From the human T2T-CHM13v2.0 reference genome, Homo sapiens, in assembly GCF_009914755.1 (NCBI RefSeq), contig NC_060933.1: a stretch of DNA of 64,000 nucleotides. The stretch is one strand, 5' to 3'. The position numbers and the translations under genes were made by a program. Of the stretch, positions 28,781 to 46,392 are shown in pieces. Numbering within the stretch: the stretch's first letter is position 1; each line of letters starts with the position of its first letter. The notes under the pieces were generated by a model. That model saw only the letters and a list, made by a program, of their open reading frames with translations. It did no database searches and had not been told where the DNA came from.

Positions 28781-30214
28781 AAGGAGACTTCTACTTCTAG
28801 TAATGGCATACGAGCTGTTTTAGACTGACTTTCCACTTAAGGCAACTAGAAAAGCTGAAGAAATATTTTAAAAAATCTGTTTAAAGGCATTGTAAATCTA
28901 TAAGAAAGGCACTGAGATACTGTGGGTCAGCATCTGGGAAAGAAGTCTCAGAGCAGTGAGTCCAGCATTTGGGACTGATTTTCCCCTGGAGACATTTGCT
29001 CATTTCATTTGCTGATAATAAGCTGAACAGAGACTTTAACAGACTCATGAGTTGAGGCCAAAAGTTGAATTTCAGAGCCCTTCAAAGTGTAGGGGCCCAA
29101 ATAAGCTACAAATTTTGAGTCAAAACACAAATGGTTGGGATAGAGTCACTATATGAATAAGGGTGCATCAAAAATAGAGCAGTTCTTACAGATACTAAAG
29201 CTTAGCTTTGAATAAAAGGAACCCCTGATTGGACTATGATAATCTGGAATTGTCTGTGTTTCAGCCAGGTTGCCTGCCAAAAAAAAAAGATAAATCCTCT
29301 CTAGGAAGCCAACATATCCAATATTTCAAATAATCTCTTGATTTTTAAAATAATGTTCAAATTTCAAGCCAAAAAAAAATCCAAGTGTAAAAGTAGAAAA
29401 GACTTGTCTATAAATCAGTGGAGACAATATACAATAGAAAAGACTCCTAGGGCATCCAGATGATGGAATTATCAGACACACACTTGCAAGTAACCATTTT
29501 TTAAGGAATTAAAATATAGGATTTAAAATTTCATCAAAAAATTGAAAACTATGATGGAGAACCAAATGGAAATTCTAGGGATAAAAATATAATACTTAAA
29601 ATTAAGAATGCAATGGATGAATTTAATAGCAACTTAAATCAAGCCGAAGAAAAACTTCAGTGAACTGGAAGGTAGGTTAGAAAGGTCAACCCAGATAAAA
29701 CATGGAGAGATAAAAAGGTAGAAAATAGATAAAAGAAATTAAGAATCATATGAAACATCATGAACAGACACAAAATACCCGAAATTAGAATTTTAGCAGT
29801 AGGAAACAGGGAATGCAATAGCAGCAACAGCAACATTTGAAGAGACACAGGCTGTAAACTTTCCAAATCCGATGGAAGATATGAAACCATAGATTCAAGA
29901 AATACTATGAACACTTAACAGGATAAATAAAAAGAAAACCATATCTTGGCACATTAGAGAAAACTGCTGAAAACCAAAGACAGAGAAAAAAATCTTAAAG
30001 GCAGGCAAAGGAAAAAAAGCTCTGTTATCTTCAAAGGAACAACAACGGCCTAACACTTTTTTTCTCAACAGGAATGATGAAAATCAGAGGATAATAGAAT
30101 CATATGTTCAAAGTGCTAAAGGAAAATAATCACCAACTTAAAATTTTATATTCATTGAAAATGTCTCTCAAAATTGAAGGGAAAATAAAGACAAAATACA
30201 TGAATACACTTAAA

Positions 30215-31990
30215 TGTACTATTTTAGATGCCTCATATAAGTGAAATTATGTGGCATTTTTCCTTCTGTGACTGGCTTATTTCACTTAGCATAATGTCCT
30301 TCAGGGTCATCCATGTTGTTGCGTATGGCATATCTTTTTTTTAAAAGCTGACTAATATTCCATTGTTTTGTATATACCACATTTTCTTTATCCATTCATC
30401 CACTGATGAATATTTAGGTTTTTATTATATCTTGGCTATTTTAAATTATGTTGCTGTAATCGTGGAAATACACATATCTCTTCCAGATTCTGATTTCAAT
30501 TCCTTTGAGTACATACCCAGAAGTGGGATTGCTGGATTATACGGTAGTTCTACTTTTATTTTTTTGAGGAGCCTGTTTTGCATAATGGATGTAACATTTT
30601 ACATCCTCAACAACAGCATTCGAGGGTTCCAATTTCTCTACATTATTGCCAACTGTTATCTTTTGTTTTATCTACTGTTTTATCACATCCTAACAGGTGT
30701 GAGGTGATATCTCATTGTGCTTTTGATTTGAATTTCCCTGACAATTAGTGATGTTGAGCATCTTTTATATATCTGTTGGCTACTTGTATGTCTTTTTTTT
30801 GGTAGAAGTGTCTATTCAAGTTATTCACCCATTTTTTTTTTTTTTTTGAGATGGAGTCTTGCTCCATTGCCCAGGCTGGAGTGCAGTGGTGCGATCTCGG
30901 CCTCACTGCAACCACCGCCTCCTGGGCTCAAGCAATTCTCCTGCCTCAGCCTCCTGAGTAGCTGGGACTACAGGCGCCTGCCATCCCTCCTGGCTAAATT
31001 TTGTGTTTTTAGTAGAGATGGGGTTTCACCATATTGGCCAGACTGGTCTCGAACTCCTGACCTTGTGATCTGCTTGTCTCGGTCTCCCAAAGTGCTGGGA
31101 TTACAGGTGTTAGCCACTGCGCCCGGCCTTATTTGCCCATTTTAATCTTATTATCATTTTTTATTCTATTGAATTATAGGAGTTCCTGATATATTTTGGC
31201 TATTAACCTCTTATTAGATATATGTTTTACAAATATTTTCTCCCATTCTATATGTTGCCTTTTAATTTTGTTGATTATTTCTGTTGCTGTGCAGAAGCTT
31301 TTTAGTTTGATAATCCCACTCATCTATTTTTAATTTTGTTGCTTGTGCTTTTGATGTCATATCCAAGAAATCATTGCCAATGCCAATGCCATGAAGGCTC
31401 TTTTGTTTTCTTTTAGGAGTTTATAGTTTTAGGTCTTAAATATGTAACCCATTTTTAGTTACTTATATGTATGGTACAAGGTAATTGTCCAATTTTATTC
31501 ATTTGCATGGTTTATATCATTTCCTTGGTACCAGTTCTTGAAAAGACTATCTTTTCTCCATTGTGTATTCTTAGCATCCTTATGAAAGATCAGTTGACTA
31601 CATATGAATGAATTTTTGGGGGCTCTCTATTCTGTTCCGTTGGTCAATATGTCTGTTTTTATTCCAGTATCATACTGTTTTGATTACTATAGCTTTGTAG
31701 TGTGTTTTGAAATCAGGAAGTTTAAAGCCTCCAGTTTTACTCTTTTTTCTCAAGATTTCTTTTGCTATTCAGGATTTTTTTTGGTTCCATATAAATTTTA
31801 GGATTGTTTTTTCTATTTCTATAAAAAATACTAGTGGGATTTTGATAGGGATTGCATTGATTATTTTTGGTAGTGTGAACCATCCTTGCATCTCAGGAAT
31901 AGATCCTTCTTGGTCATGATGTATCATCTTTTCAATGCATTGTTATATTGCTAGTTGTATTATAGCTTGTTAGTATTTTGTTGAAGAATC
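30215..31990 (-). mobile_element. L1MA9/L1MB fragment
   Basis: ttttagatgcctcatataagtgaaattatg...tggcttatttcacttagcataatgtcc and antisense ORF2 3' part. Confidence 0.8.
30832..31128 (-). mobile_element. AluS (Sg/Sc-like)
   Basis: Antisense dimer; TSD ttatt(ca/tg)cccatttt at 30821 and 31129. Confidence 0.92.
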
Positions 31991-32083
31991 TGAGCATATA
32001 TATATTTGCAATAAAATCCATGTAAAGTGAGTAGTAAATAGAGTTAAAGTGTTTTAAAGTACTTGCATTTCGGAAAGTAGTAA

Positions 32084-36017
<3,934 letters not shown>

Positions 36018-36459
36018 CAGAAAAGAATAATTGGTCATAAATAAACCCATGGATAATACTGAGCAACAAGACAGGAGAGATATTAGAAATGAAAAATGAG
36101 ACTTCACTATGTAGTGTATAGCCATTAAACAACCTTATAAAATATTATGAACAATTTATGGCAATACATTGACACATTTAGATGAAATGGACAAATTGCT
36201 AGGAAAATACAAGTTACTAAATTTAGATGAAATAAAAAAACTGTTAGAAAAATGCCACACATCAAAATGACTGGAAAGTTTGAAGACTTCTACGAGGATT
36301 AAAAACATTGTATTAGTAATTTCAAACTGTCAGTCAATGAAAACTCCTGGCTTAAATGACTTCTTTAATGAGTTTTACCAGTTACCTTAGAAGGAAACAA
36401 TACCATTTTTACACAATCTCTTCTAATGGGTAGAAAAAAATAAACTCAGAAAAAACTGT

Positions 36460-38170
36460 TTTTTTCTTTTTAATCCAGAAAATCAAATATCAGTTCACTT
36501 AAAAATGTTAATCTTATCTTATAATTTTAACCTTTTCTGAAAAATTTTAAGATGTAGTCTGGGTGTATTTCAAGTATCTAATTTCCTTTTGGTTCTGGCT
36601 TCTTTGATTTGCAAAAAGAATTATTGTTCTTCAAGTCAATTAATAGTAGACTAAGAACTCGGAATTTTCCTTTGTCCAGCATTAAGTTATTTTCATTGAA
36701 AGCCATAAAATAATTTACTGATGTGTAAATTTGAGGTGTAATTTCCAATTCCATTAACTGAACGAGACATGAATGTTTCCTTAATAATAAATGTCTCTTT
36801 CTGCTTTTAGGTAGGCAGTCATTTATAACAACTAATTTACTTGATTTTTAGATAAGACACCACAATGCTTAAATATGCAAGATATTAACACTAGGCATAT
36901 TTTTTCAGTAATATTCTATATAAAATTCTGAGGTCATCTATTTTGAACAAATTTAAAAACATCCTTGATATATAAATTTAGTGCTGCTTCTAGAAGACAT
37001 CTAAGGAGCATTATGAATTTAGCAATTCATCTGCATGAGTATCCAGTTAAATTTCACTGTTTGCAATTTTTAAATGATGAACTATAACATTCTATTTTCT
37101 TCACTCTAATAAAGTATAGTGGTGAGACATTTTTATAGAAGAGAGACTTTATTCCTATATTCTCTAGAGATTCTCATTTTGGTTATCTACTGAACATGAG
37201 TTCAGTAGTTGATTCATTATTTTTGTCAAATGCAAAAGTTTAGAGAAAGGTCACCAGGAGCTTCAGAAGTAACTGCATAAATAAGATGATATATAAAAGA
37301 GGGAATACCTTATCCAAGAAGAATAGGCCGAAGAAACCATAAGGAGTGTCACGAGCGTTGCTGTGAGTCTATGAGGTTAAAATTAAAGAAATATTATCAA
37401 CAAGGACACCCCTTTGTTTTCATCCTGTCTTTCACAAAATGGTATTCAAAACAGAACGGAAAGTTTTTATGCCAACCATTGTCTTTGAACATGTGAGCTC
37501 ATTCAGTAATAAACTTTCATCTCTTAACATTGCTGACTGCTCTCAAAGGCAGGTTTCTATTTCCAACCAAGAGTAATTTTACAGTTTTCACAGCAGATCT
37601 TTGCTACAGCATGCTAACTACAGAGATGGCCTCCCCTCTGCTGGGCCACAGCCTACATTCTCCCAGAATTAAAGAGGCAGTCTTTGTTTTGACCAACATG
37701 AAATAACTTGGAGATTTGCTAAATGAGGTTTGCAGTGGATACAGCACTAAATTCAGCGACAATTTGGCAGATAACCTGGGAAAGTTTTTGAGTTTGTCAT
37801 TTTTATCAACTCTGCTGGAAGTTTCTTACTCCACTCAGGGCTGGAACACGAAGAATTGCAACTTTGCTGGATTCTGTGACAAAATAAATCCTGGGATACG
37901 AGGGTCAAAACTGTGATTCTGAAGGTTGTGAGGCACTTTTTGTACAGATGGGGAGAGAGAAAATGTCTGCGTGCATGCTCAGCAGTCTATGTACCAGCCA
38001 ACTCCCTTGCCCACATCCCTAGCCCACAGCACCTATCTGGCCAGGTGCTCACTACTAACAGTTGGCTTGACAATAGTTTTGCCCAAGGGCTGTGGTGTTG
38101 CTTGCTCAGGCCCAGGTTGTCAGGCTGTCCTGGCTTGGTGACTGTTGGCTCCTGCATATGGTATAAAGCA
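36460..38170 (-). pseudogene. YPEL1: processed pseudogene of YPEL1 (yippee-like 1); CDS-homologous part 37809-37467 with apparent 5' and 3' UTR flanks
   Basis: Manual minus-strand translation: [57 protein letters not shown]../[43 protein letters not shown] versus YPEL1 [32 protein letters not shown]...[10 protein letters not shown]...[41 protein letters not shown]; intronless, multiple stops and frameshifts; PNC and KFI favour YPEL1 over YPEL2. UTR limits inferred from where the host L1 breaks. Confidence 0.88.
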
Positions 38171-38407
38171 TTCTCCAACCTAACAGATTTTATAAGGCCT
38201 TCATAATCTTGATAACATTTCCTGATATGGGCATTATAGGAAAGTAAAATTACAGGCTAATCTCATTCATCAATACAAATTTAAAAATCTGAAATAAGTA
38301 TTAGAAAGCCTAATCCAGCAATACATAAAAAGAATACTACATCAAGAACAATTTTTTTTTTTGCCAGAAATATAAGTTTGGTTCAACATTCACAATCAAC
38401 CAATCTA

Positions 38408-38859
<452 letters not shown>

Positions 38860-39328
38860 CTAGAGCACTCACAAATAATCTTTACACTCATGGTGAAATA
38901 CTAAAAGCTTCTTTTCCTTTCTGAAATCATATCAGAAACAAGATGAATATATCTACTATTACCATTTTCTGTCTGACATTTTTACTGAAGAGCCTGGCTA
39001 GCCATTGCAATTAAAACAAAAACAAATTGCTTATAAAAGGAGAAATAAAAATATAACCCTTATTATTCATAGAAAGTCCAAAATAACACATAGATAAATT
39101 ATTAAAATGAATAATTGAATATACTGAGATTGTCAAGTACAAGATCAATACACAAAATTAATTATACATTGTACATATCACTAATAACTAATTAGAAAAC
39201 AAAAAATATTCAGTTTTCAAAAACACCAACTATCTTGAAATATAGCTAAGAAAAATTTGTGATCTCTCTTCTCAGAAAAGTAAAAATGTTAAGAGAAATT
39301 AAAGAAGGTCTAAATAGATGTTTGTTGG

Positions 39329-39471
39329 AGATTATTTGTGGGTACTCTATCAGATTAAATAGTTTCTTTCTATTTCCTGTTTGCTAACATTTTAAAATTA
39401 TAAGTGGATGTTAGTTTTTATTAAATGCATTTCCTGCATCTGTGGAGATAATCTTATGACTTTTCTCCTTT
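39329..39471 (-). repeat. local inverted duplicate of 38737-38881
   Basis: Reverse complement aligns end to end (aaagtcataagat..tctcca.agatgcaggaaa...ttaatctg.tagag...cacaaataatct). Confidence 0.75.
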
Positions 39472-40117
39472 GTCAGAGGATATATTATATTCCTGGATTG
39501 AAAGACTCAACATTGTACAGATGTAATCCCTAGCAATATGTCAGGTTGTGTTGTGTTTGTGTATGTGTAGAAACTGATTTTAAAAATATATGGAAATCAA
39601 AGGTCTGAGAATAGGCAAGACAATCTTCAACAAGAACAAAGTAGGAGGATTAATTCTACCAGGTATCCATGTTTATTACATAGCTACAGTACTAAGGAAG
39701 TATGATATGGGTACAATGATAGATATACACCACTAAAACAGAACAGAACATCCAGAAAATACATAAACGTGGTAATTTGATTTTACAATAAAGGTGGTAC
39801 TACAGAGCACTAAGAAAAAGATGATCTTTTCAATAACGAGTGATGTTTTTCACGTGAATAAAATGCTGCTGCTTACTTCACCCCATATATAAGAATGATT
39901 TTTAGGTGGATTAAAAGTCCTAAGTAGGAAAGATAACTACTAGAAGTCAACCTAAAGAGAATGTATTCACGAATTTGGAGAAGTATTATTTGATTTACCT
40001 TATAGGTAAATTGAAAAGAATAAATGGTTCAGATTCTCTATCTTCTTTATTTTTTTATTCTTTCTTGTTTTCCATTAGATAGAAGGATTTTTTTTTTGTC
40101 TGTTAGAAAGTTATATA

Positions 40118-40356
40118 CAGTCATCCTTGGTATACACAGATGATTGGTTCTAGGACCCTCCACGTATACCCAAATCTGGGCCTACTCAAATCCCACAAGT
40201 TGGCCCTGCAGAACCTACATATTTGAAAAGTCAACCCTCCGTGTACACAGGCTTCACATCCCATGAATGCTGTAGTTTTGATCTATGTTTGGTTGAAAAA
40301 AATCCTCGTATAATTGGACCTGCACAGTTCAAACCTGTGTCATCTAAGGTAAGCGG
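40118..40356 (+). mobile_element. MER8 (TcMar-Tigger)
   Basis: cagtcatccttggtatac...gattggttctaggaccc...ttggttgaaaaaaatcc...gcacagttcaaacc, TA flanks. Confidence 0.85.
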
Positions 40357-40359
40357 TAT

Positions 40360-41290
40360 CCTATGTTTGTGCTTTTGGTGGTTGCCTTCTTCAGATTCAT
40401 GTTTATTTTTCTCTGATTCCTTAAACATATCAATATTTATATACTAAAATTTTATAAGTATACATATTTATACACTTATTTAACAAGAGAAGCACAGTCA
40501 CATGTGCTCCTACACTTTTTGTCTTCCTGGCTCTATCATACTGATACAGTCTAGAATTTCATCTCTAGTTTATTATAGATGTACTTTTTCTTTTCTTTAG
40601 TCCTTTAAATTTGTTTGGACAATGACACATCTTACCAAGAAATTTGATACTCCATTTCTCCCAACATCTCTCGTACTTCTGAATGTGTTTCCTTATCATT
40701 ATATGGAATTGTGGTAGAAAAAGTTTTGAAGCCTGTGTGCCCAAAATGTTGTATTATGTTCTCAGATTTGAATAACAATTTGGTTGCTTAGGAAAATCCA
40801 GTTTTAAATACATCGTTTTTCAATACTTTTAAAATCTTTCCCCACTGATTTCTTCTACATAGTATTAGAACCGAGATGTGTAATTACAATCTGATTCTTG
40901 TTTTCTATCAGTGATATGCTCTGTTTCTCTAGAAGCTTTTAGAATTTTGCTTTGTCTTTGATAGTTTTCACCTCTAGACAGAGGTGTCCTTTTCTTTATA
41001 TCTCTGTTTGGCATTTATGTGCCTTTTTAATTTTCAGGTTTTAAGAAATATTGTTTTATTTCCAGGAAATTTATCTCCATTATTTGTTCAAATATTTTCT
41101 TGTCTTTATTTTATGTTGTCTTTTTTCTAGTAGTCCGGTTATTCAATGTAGGCAGTTATTTCTCTTCCCACATCTCTAAAATGCTCTTTTATACCATCTA
41201 TCTCTATATTATTTCCTCCTGCCTCCTGCAAGAGTTGCTCAGTTTATAAGTTACAAATTCATCCAGCAGTTGTTCCTGTGTGCTCATATT
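40360..41290 (-). mobile_element. old HAL1/L1ME-like fragment
   Basis: T-rich antisense ORF1-like motifs (ttctctagaagcttttagaatttt, ttccaggaaatttatctccattatttgttcaaata). Confidence 0.5.
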
Positions 41291-41717
41291 TCCCTGGAGG
41301 CATGAGGTACTGTGTCTGATAGTGTGTTTAATAATGTCTATTGGGAAAAGAGTGGAGGCAAAGGAGGAGGATGAAGTACAGGGTGGTGAGCCTGGCCACA
41401 ACAGAACCACTACTTTACACTCTTGTTTGCTCTTCTCTTATCTGGTACCTCTTTGTACCAGTTTCATTTTCAACCCCTGGCAGGGAACATAGCACTTGGA
41501 TCAATCAGTCTCTCTTAGTGGTAATTCATAGCCCTGGGTGATCAGAAAGTCTGTGTTTTTCTTCCCTCTCCCAGGTCACCATACTTACCAAACAGCATTC
41601 CTTTAAAAATACTCCAATAAAATAAAAAAATTAACTCTATCAAATGCAACAGAAAACAAAGGAAAAAGTATTACACCACTTACAACCTTCAAGGTAAAAC
41701 AAAACAAAAATTTTAAT

Positions 41718-41728
41718 GCACACACACA

Positions 41729-41771
<43 letters not shown>
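41718..41771 (+). repeat. (CA)n(GC)n(CA)n alternating purine-pyrimidine tract
   Basis: gcacacacacatgcgcgcgcgcacacacaca...; a second similar tract at 42097-42122 followed by C12. Confidence 0.9.
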
Positions 41772-41773
<2 letters not shown>

Positions 41774-42872
41774 GAGTTTTTCAAACCAGTTGCAACATGA
41801 TAAATCTTTTACCATAGGCTGAGTGACCATAGGTTTGTGCCTAATGCAGGAAAGAAATTATTCAAGATCAGTATATCCTTTAGTATATATTTTCTAATCA
41901 TGTTTCCAAGGTCTGTAGCAGAACAATTTGCAGCACTGGTTATGACTTTAAGTGACTGGGCTTGATCACATGGGCAAGTTTTGCTATTTAGTAGAATGCA
42001 GATACATCCTGAAACTGGTTAGTCTAGTACTTTCTATCCCCACTTCTTGCTTCTCCATAAAAGAAAAACAGAACAAAATTCCCAAACCTCCCAAACATAC
42101 ACACGCGCGCACACACACACACTTAGACAAACACCCCCCCCCCCCACTCAAACACACGTACAATCTCCAAACTTTAGGACTACTACACGCATAATAGGCA
42201 TTTAGGACTTTTACAAAAGTAGTTTTCAATTTCAGTTGGCTTTCTCCACTTTTGAAGATCATCTAGATATTAAATAAGCAGCCACTAGCTTTCTATGACA
42301 ATAGCATGATACTTACTAAATAGGCTTAAAAGCCACAAAACCCAACCAAATCAAACCACAACAATACTAGCAACAATAGTAAAAACACCAAACACCAACC
42401 CTGAAAGTTCTAAGAACGGAATGTGTAATGGCATGTCTGAGAACACCTGGAGAGATCTCTTCTTCAAGGGTTGGACTACAAGCAAACGTCCCTGAAGCCC
42501 ATGGCCCAAGGTTGTGGGTAACAATTTGAAGAGCCTTGGAGGTGTGCATGTTTCCTACTCCTTGCAAGGAAGAGATTTGCAATAGAATGGGGTAGACACT
42601 TTCTGTTCATTTTATAGTCTGTCCTGTACAGTCCTGGGTGCTTCCTCTGTGTGATGCTCTAGAACTATGATTTGACCTGTCCTCCTGCTGACCCAACCAG
42701 CGATCCCTAGAGGGTAGACTGACTAGCACACAGGGAGGCAGTGTGGCAGAAAGGAAAGAGCCATTATTTGACCAAAGACATTATTTGACTGCCTCTCGGA
42801 AATTTTTAAGTGTCATCGCCTTTAGGAAAATTACCAAAATGTGACTTTGTGAAAGCCAGATAATCTCTCTGA

Positions 42873-43094
42873 GCAGGAATTGGCAAGCTTTCTCTGTAAA
42901 GAGCCAGATCACAAATATATTCAGCTTTTTGGGCTATGTGGTCTCTGCACAACTACTCAAGTCTGGCATCATAGCAAAATCAGGCATAGACAAAATGTAA
43001 ATAAATGGATGCAGCTGTGTTCCAGTAAAAATTTATTTACAAAACAGGTGTGGGGCTGAATTTGGCCATGGACCATAGTTTGTCTACTTTCCTC
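42873..43094 (+). mobile_element. MER58A (hAT-Charlie), within a MIR
   Basis: ttggcaagctttctctgtaaagagccagat...ctgtgttccagtaaaaatttatttacaaaacagg...ccatagtttg. Confidence 0.85.
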
Positions 43095-44379
43095 TTAGAA
43101 CCTTGGAGACCTTGTGGGTAAAATGGGGAGATGGATAATAGTTTCTGCCTAATGTGTTGGAATCCAGTTAGAAAATAAAGACAAACATTTTATTTTAAAA
43201 CATACTATATGTGGAAGTGATTATATGTGGGAGTTGATAGAACTCCAATGTCTTGGGAGATTACGTGGCCTTCAAAACCTTAGGCATCCAATTTGCATCC
43301 AATTTTCTGGTCGAAAGTAAAAATCTTCACATGGATTTTCTGGCTATCCAATAGTTTCAATGGGAAGGGGTTTGTGTGAGTCAGCTGTCATTGAGTATGA
43401 GAGTTGCAGGTTAAATTTCCTCAGAAACGCATGAGAAGTAGGAGTGGTGAGAACTGGGAAGTAGGAAGGAGGAAAGCTGTTTGGCCATAGGTACCTGGAC
43501 TATGCTAACCTGCCTCTTCTGGAATAAATAATGATTTTGTACTTGGCTTGGGAAATCTCCTTGAGTTACTCTGATCTAAGATGTGTACACAGTTGCCTTT
43601 GGCTAGCTCCTAGGGAGGAAAGCTTAGCTAAGAATTAGTCCCTCAGGAAGGCAGAGAGAAGGGGAACTGGGGTGTTTGGGGTGCACGTGAGTGGCACTCA
43701 CACTAGCTCCTACCCACAGAAAAGGAACTGTCAGCCTTTATTGACTGATTGGCCAGTCTTGTGTTGATTTGTCTGATTTAAATTAGTCATCTTTTTTTTT
43801 TTTTTTCTTGGATGGCTGGTCAGCTTTCTTCTTTGAAAGCAGTCAATAACAGTGCATGGACACAGTGATACAAGCAGAGTGCCCAGTGTTTTTATGCAAC
43901 CCACAACCTAATTTTAGCAAGAGAGATCAGAAAGCTGCCTCTGCATCCCTGTGCTTCACATTGACCCCTAAATTAGCCATGGATGACATTTTTATATTCT
44001 TAAATGCCTCACTCAGGGCAAAGCAAATTGCTCCAACCCCAAAATGCAGGAACTAGGAGCCTTTGAGACTTGTTTAGGGGATGTGAGACCATTTCTTTCT
44101 CTTTTTCCATCACTTCAAAAGCCCATAACTTAACGGATGATGGGGCAGAGAAATTTATTTCATTTACAGACCAGTTAAAAGATACATCTCATTGGTCCTG
44201 AGAGTGAGTGTGAAAAATCTTTGTGGCTCTGAATGAGGAGGGCATGACTGACATGTATGTGATGTCCATAGAACCCATAAGCTCATCCAGGCAGGCACAA
44301 GCACTGCTGAAGGGAATCACATTTTTTATTTGAATGTGTGCCACTTAGAAATATTCTCTACTATTAATAATAGCATGGT

Positions 44380-44585
44380 TCAGAGAGTTCTAATTTTCTC
44401 TTGCTATCAAAAACAAACAACTAACCAACCAAATGAAAAAGTAGTATCTCTCACATAACAGCCCAGAGTTAGGTGAGTGGGCGAGGCTGGGTGGGCAGTT
44501 CTACTCCATGTGATCATTCAGGTTTCCTCTGTGTTGTTGTTCCATCTTCACCATTCTGTGGTTGTATTCCTCATCTGCTTGGTGA
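44380..44585 (-). mobile_element. old MLT1 (K/L-like) fragment
   Basis: tctcacataacagcccagag...ggcagttctactccatgtgatcattcagg. Confidence 0.5.
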
Positions 44586-44669
44586 GTGTTCTTGTGTGTG
44601 TGTGCGCATGTATACAACACTGTAAGAATATACATTTATCCCATGGGACTCTATAAAGCCATGTTAATT

Positions 44670-44883
<214 letters not shown>

Positions 44884-45906
44884 TGAAAAAATGTACAGCC
44901 AACAGAGATTCTTTCCTGATATATTTTTTTGCTAGCAGCAAAGTTGTTCACCTCTGATTTTCATTGTCCTTTTTCAAGAAGTGAATCTCTTGCAGGCCCG
45001 TTCTTACTGAGTCGTCATTTCTTCATAGCGAGCTACAAAGCTGGTGTTACGGAAATTCTAAGGGGCTCAGTAATAAGCCTGAAGTGAGGGGAAGGAGCTG
45101 GAAGCCTCTATGAATAATGAGAAAACCAAACAGGGGGAAGGAACAGTGACAACAGATAGCGTTGTCTTGTGTAAATTAGGTTTGTCCAGAATCAACAGAA
45201 GCTTGAATAAAGTCAAAGTGAAATACCATCTTGAGACTCATGTTACCTTCAAAAGCAACTGAAAAAGCTAAAAAGTAACCTAAACCGCTTTCTAATCAGG
45301 AATGTTCTTTCCAGGTAACGTTGCCAGCAGAAGCAATATCCTAAGTGGCTCCCTTTTTATTTATTTGTTTATTTATATTGTCAAATGATAATTGTGAATA
45401 TTTATGGAGTGCAATGTTTTTGATGGTATTGATTGGCTTTGTTTCATGGGTACACACATAGGTTTGCCCACCGCCCCCTTGTTCTTCAGTGACTTCGCTA
45501 GAGAGACGATCCATAGTATTTTGCTATTTCTTTGGCAGACCCTATGTGCTCTCTGCTTCTCACATCTTTGAATAAACATCACACTTTAAAACTGACAGCC
45601 CTTGGGTTTCACTTCGCACTCAGGAGGCACAGCTCTGTCAGATTTTAAGTGAAAGGATATAGTTTGTTTAAGCCCTTTTCAGGATAAGTTGGAAGGAGAG
45701 ATGGTTTCTAGGTGCTCAGAATGACTTATTTTTCTTTTGATAAGCTCTGAGAAGCACTTTCATTGGTTGACATATTTCCTGACCCCAGCCCCTTCCCACC
45801 AAATTAGGTCTAGAGGTGGCAAGGCATGAGGGAAGAAGTGTGGTTTTTAGAATCAGATGGGCTTGGGTTGTAATCTCCGCAATGCCAAACCCCAGCTATT
45901 TAATCA

Positions 45907-46392
45907 TGGGAGACTACTAATTGTCCCTAAGTAATCATTTCCCCTTCCTTCTTTTGAAAATGGAATGGGACACTTGACTGTCCAGGTTGAGACCATGTTT
46001 TCCACCCCTTGAATCTAGTGTTGACAAGTCAGTGAGTTCTCTTAAACTAAATGTGAGTGGATGTGATATATGAAATATCAGTATACCTCCTTAAAGAAAA
46101 TTGCTATCCCTTCCCCACTGATCTTTACTTGGTCTTATGGTTGGGAACGCTGATGTGGCACTGGAGAGTTAGCTTGCACCAAGTGGATAAGGACTGAAAT
46201 GTCGAGGATGGTGGAGCAACATGGAAGGAACCTGGGTCCCTGAATGATCACATGGAACAGAGCTACTCACTGTCCTAGCCCACCTGCCTATCTCTATACT
46301 GTTAATTAAGAGACAATAGAATTATGTTATTTTTAAGTCACAGTATTGTTTGGTCTCTTTGTTATAGAAGTGTAGCTTATGTTCTAATTAAA
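45907..46392 (+). mobile_element. MLT1J-like LTR inserted in a MIR (MIR halves ~45820-45906 and 46400-46500)
   Basis: gaggatggtggagcaacatggaaggaacctgggtccctgaatgatcacatggaacagagc; ttttaagtcacagtattgtttggtctctttgttata. Confidence 0.75.
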
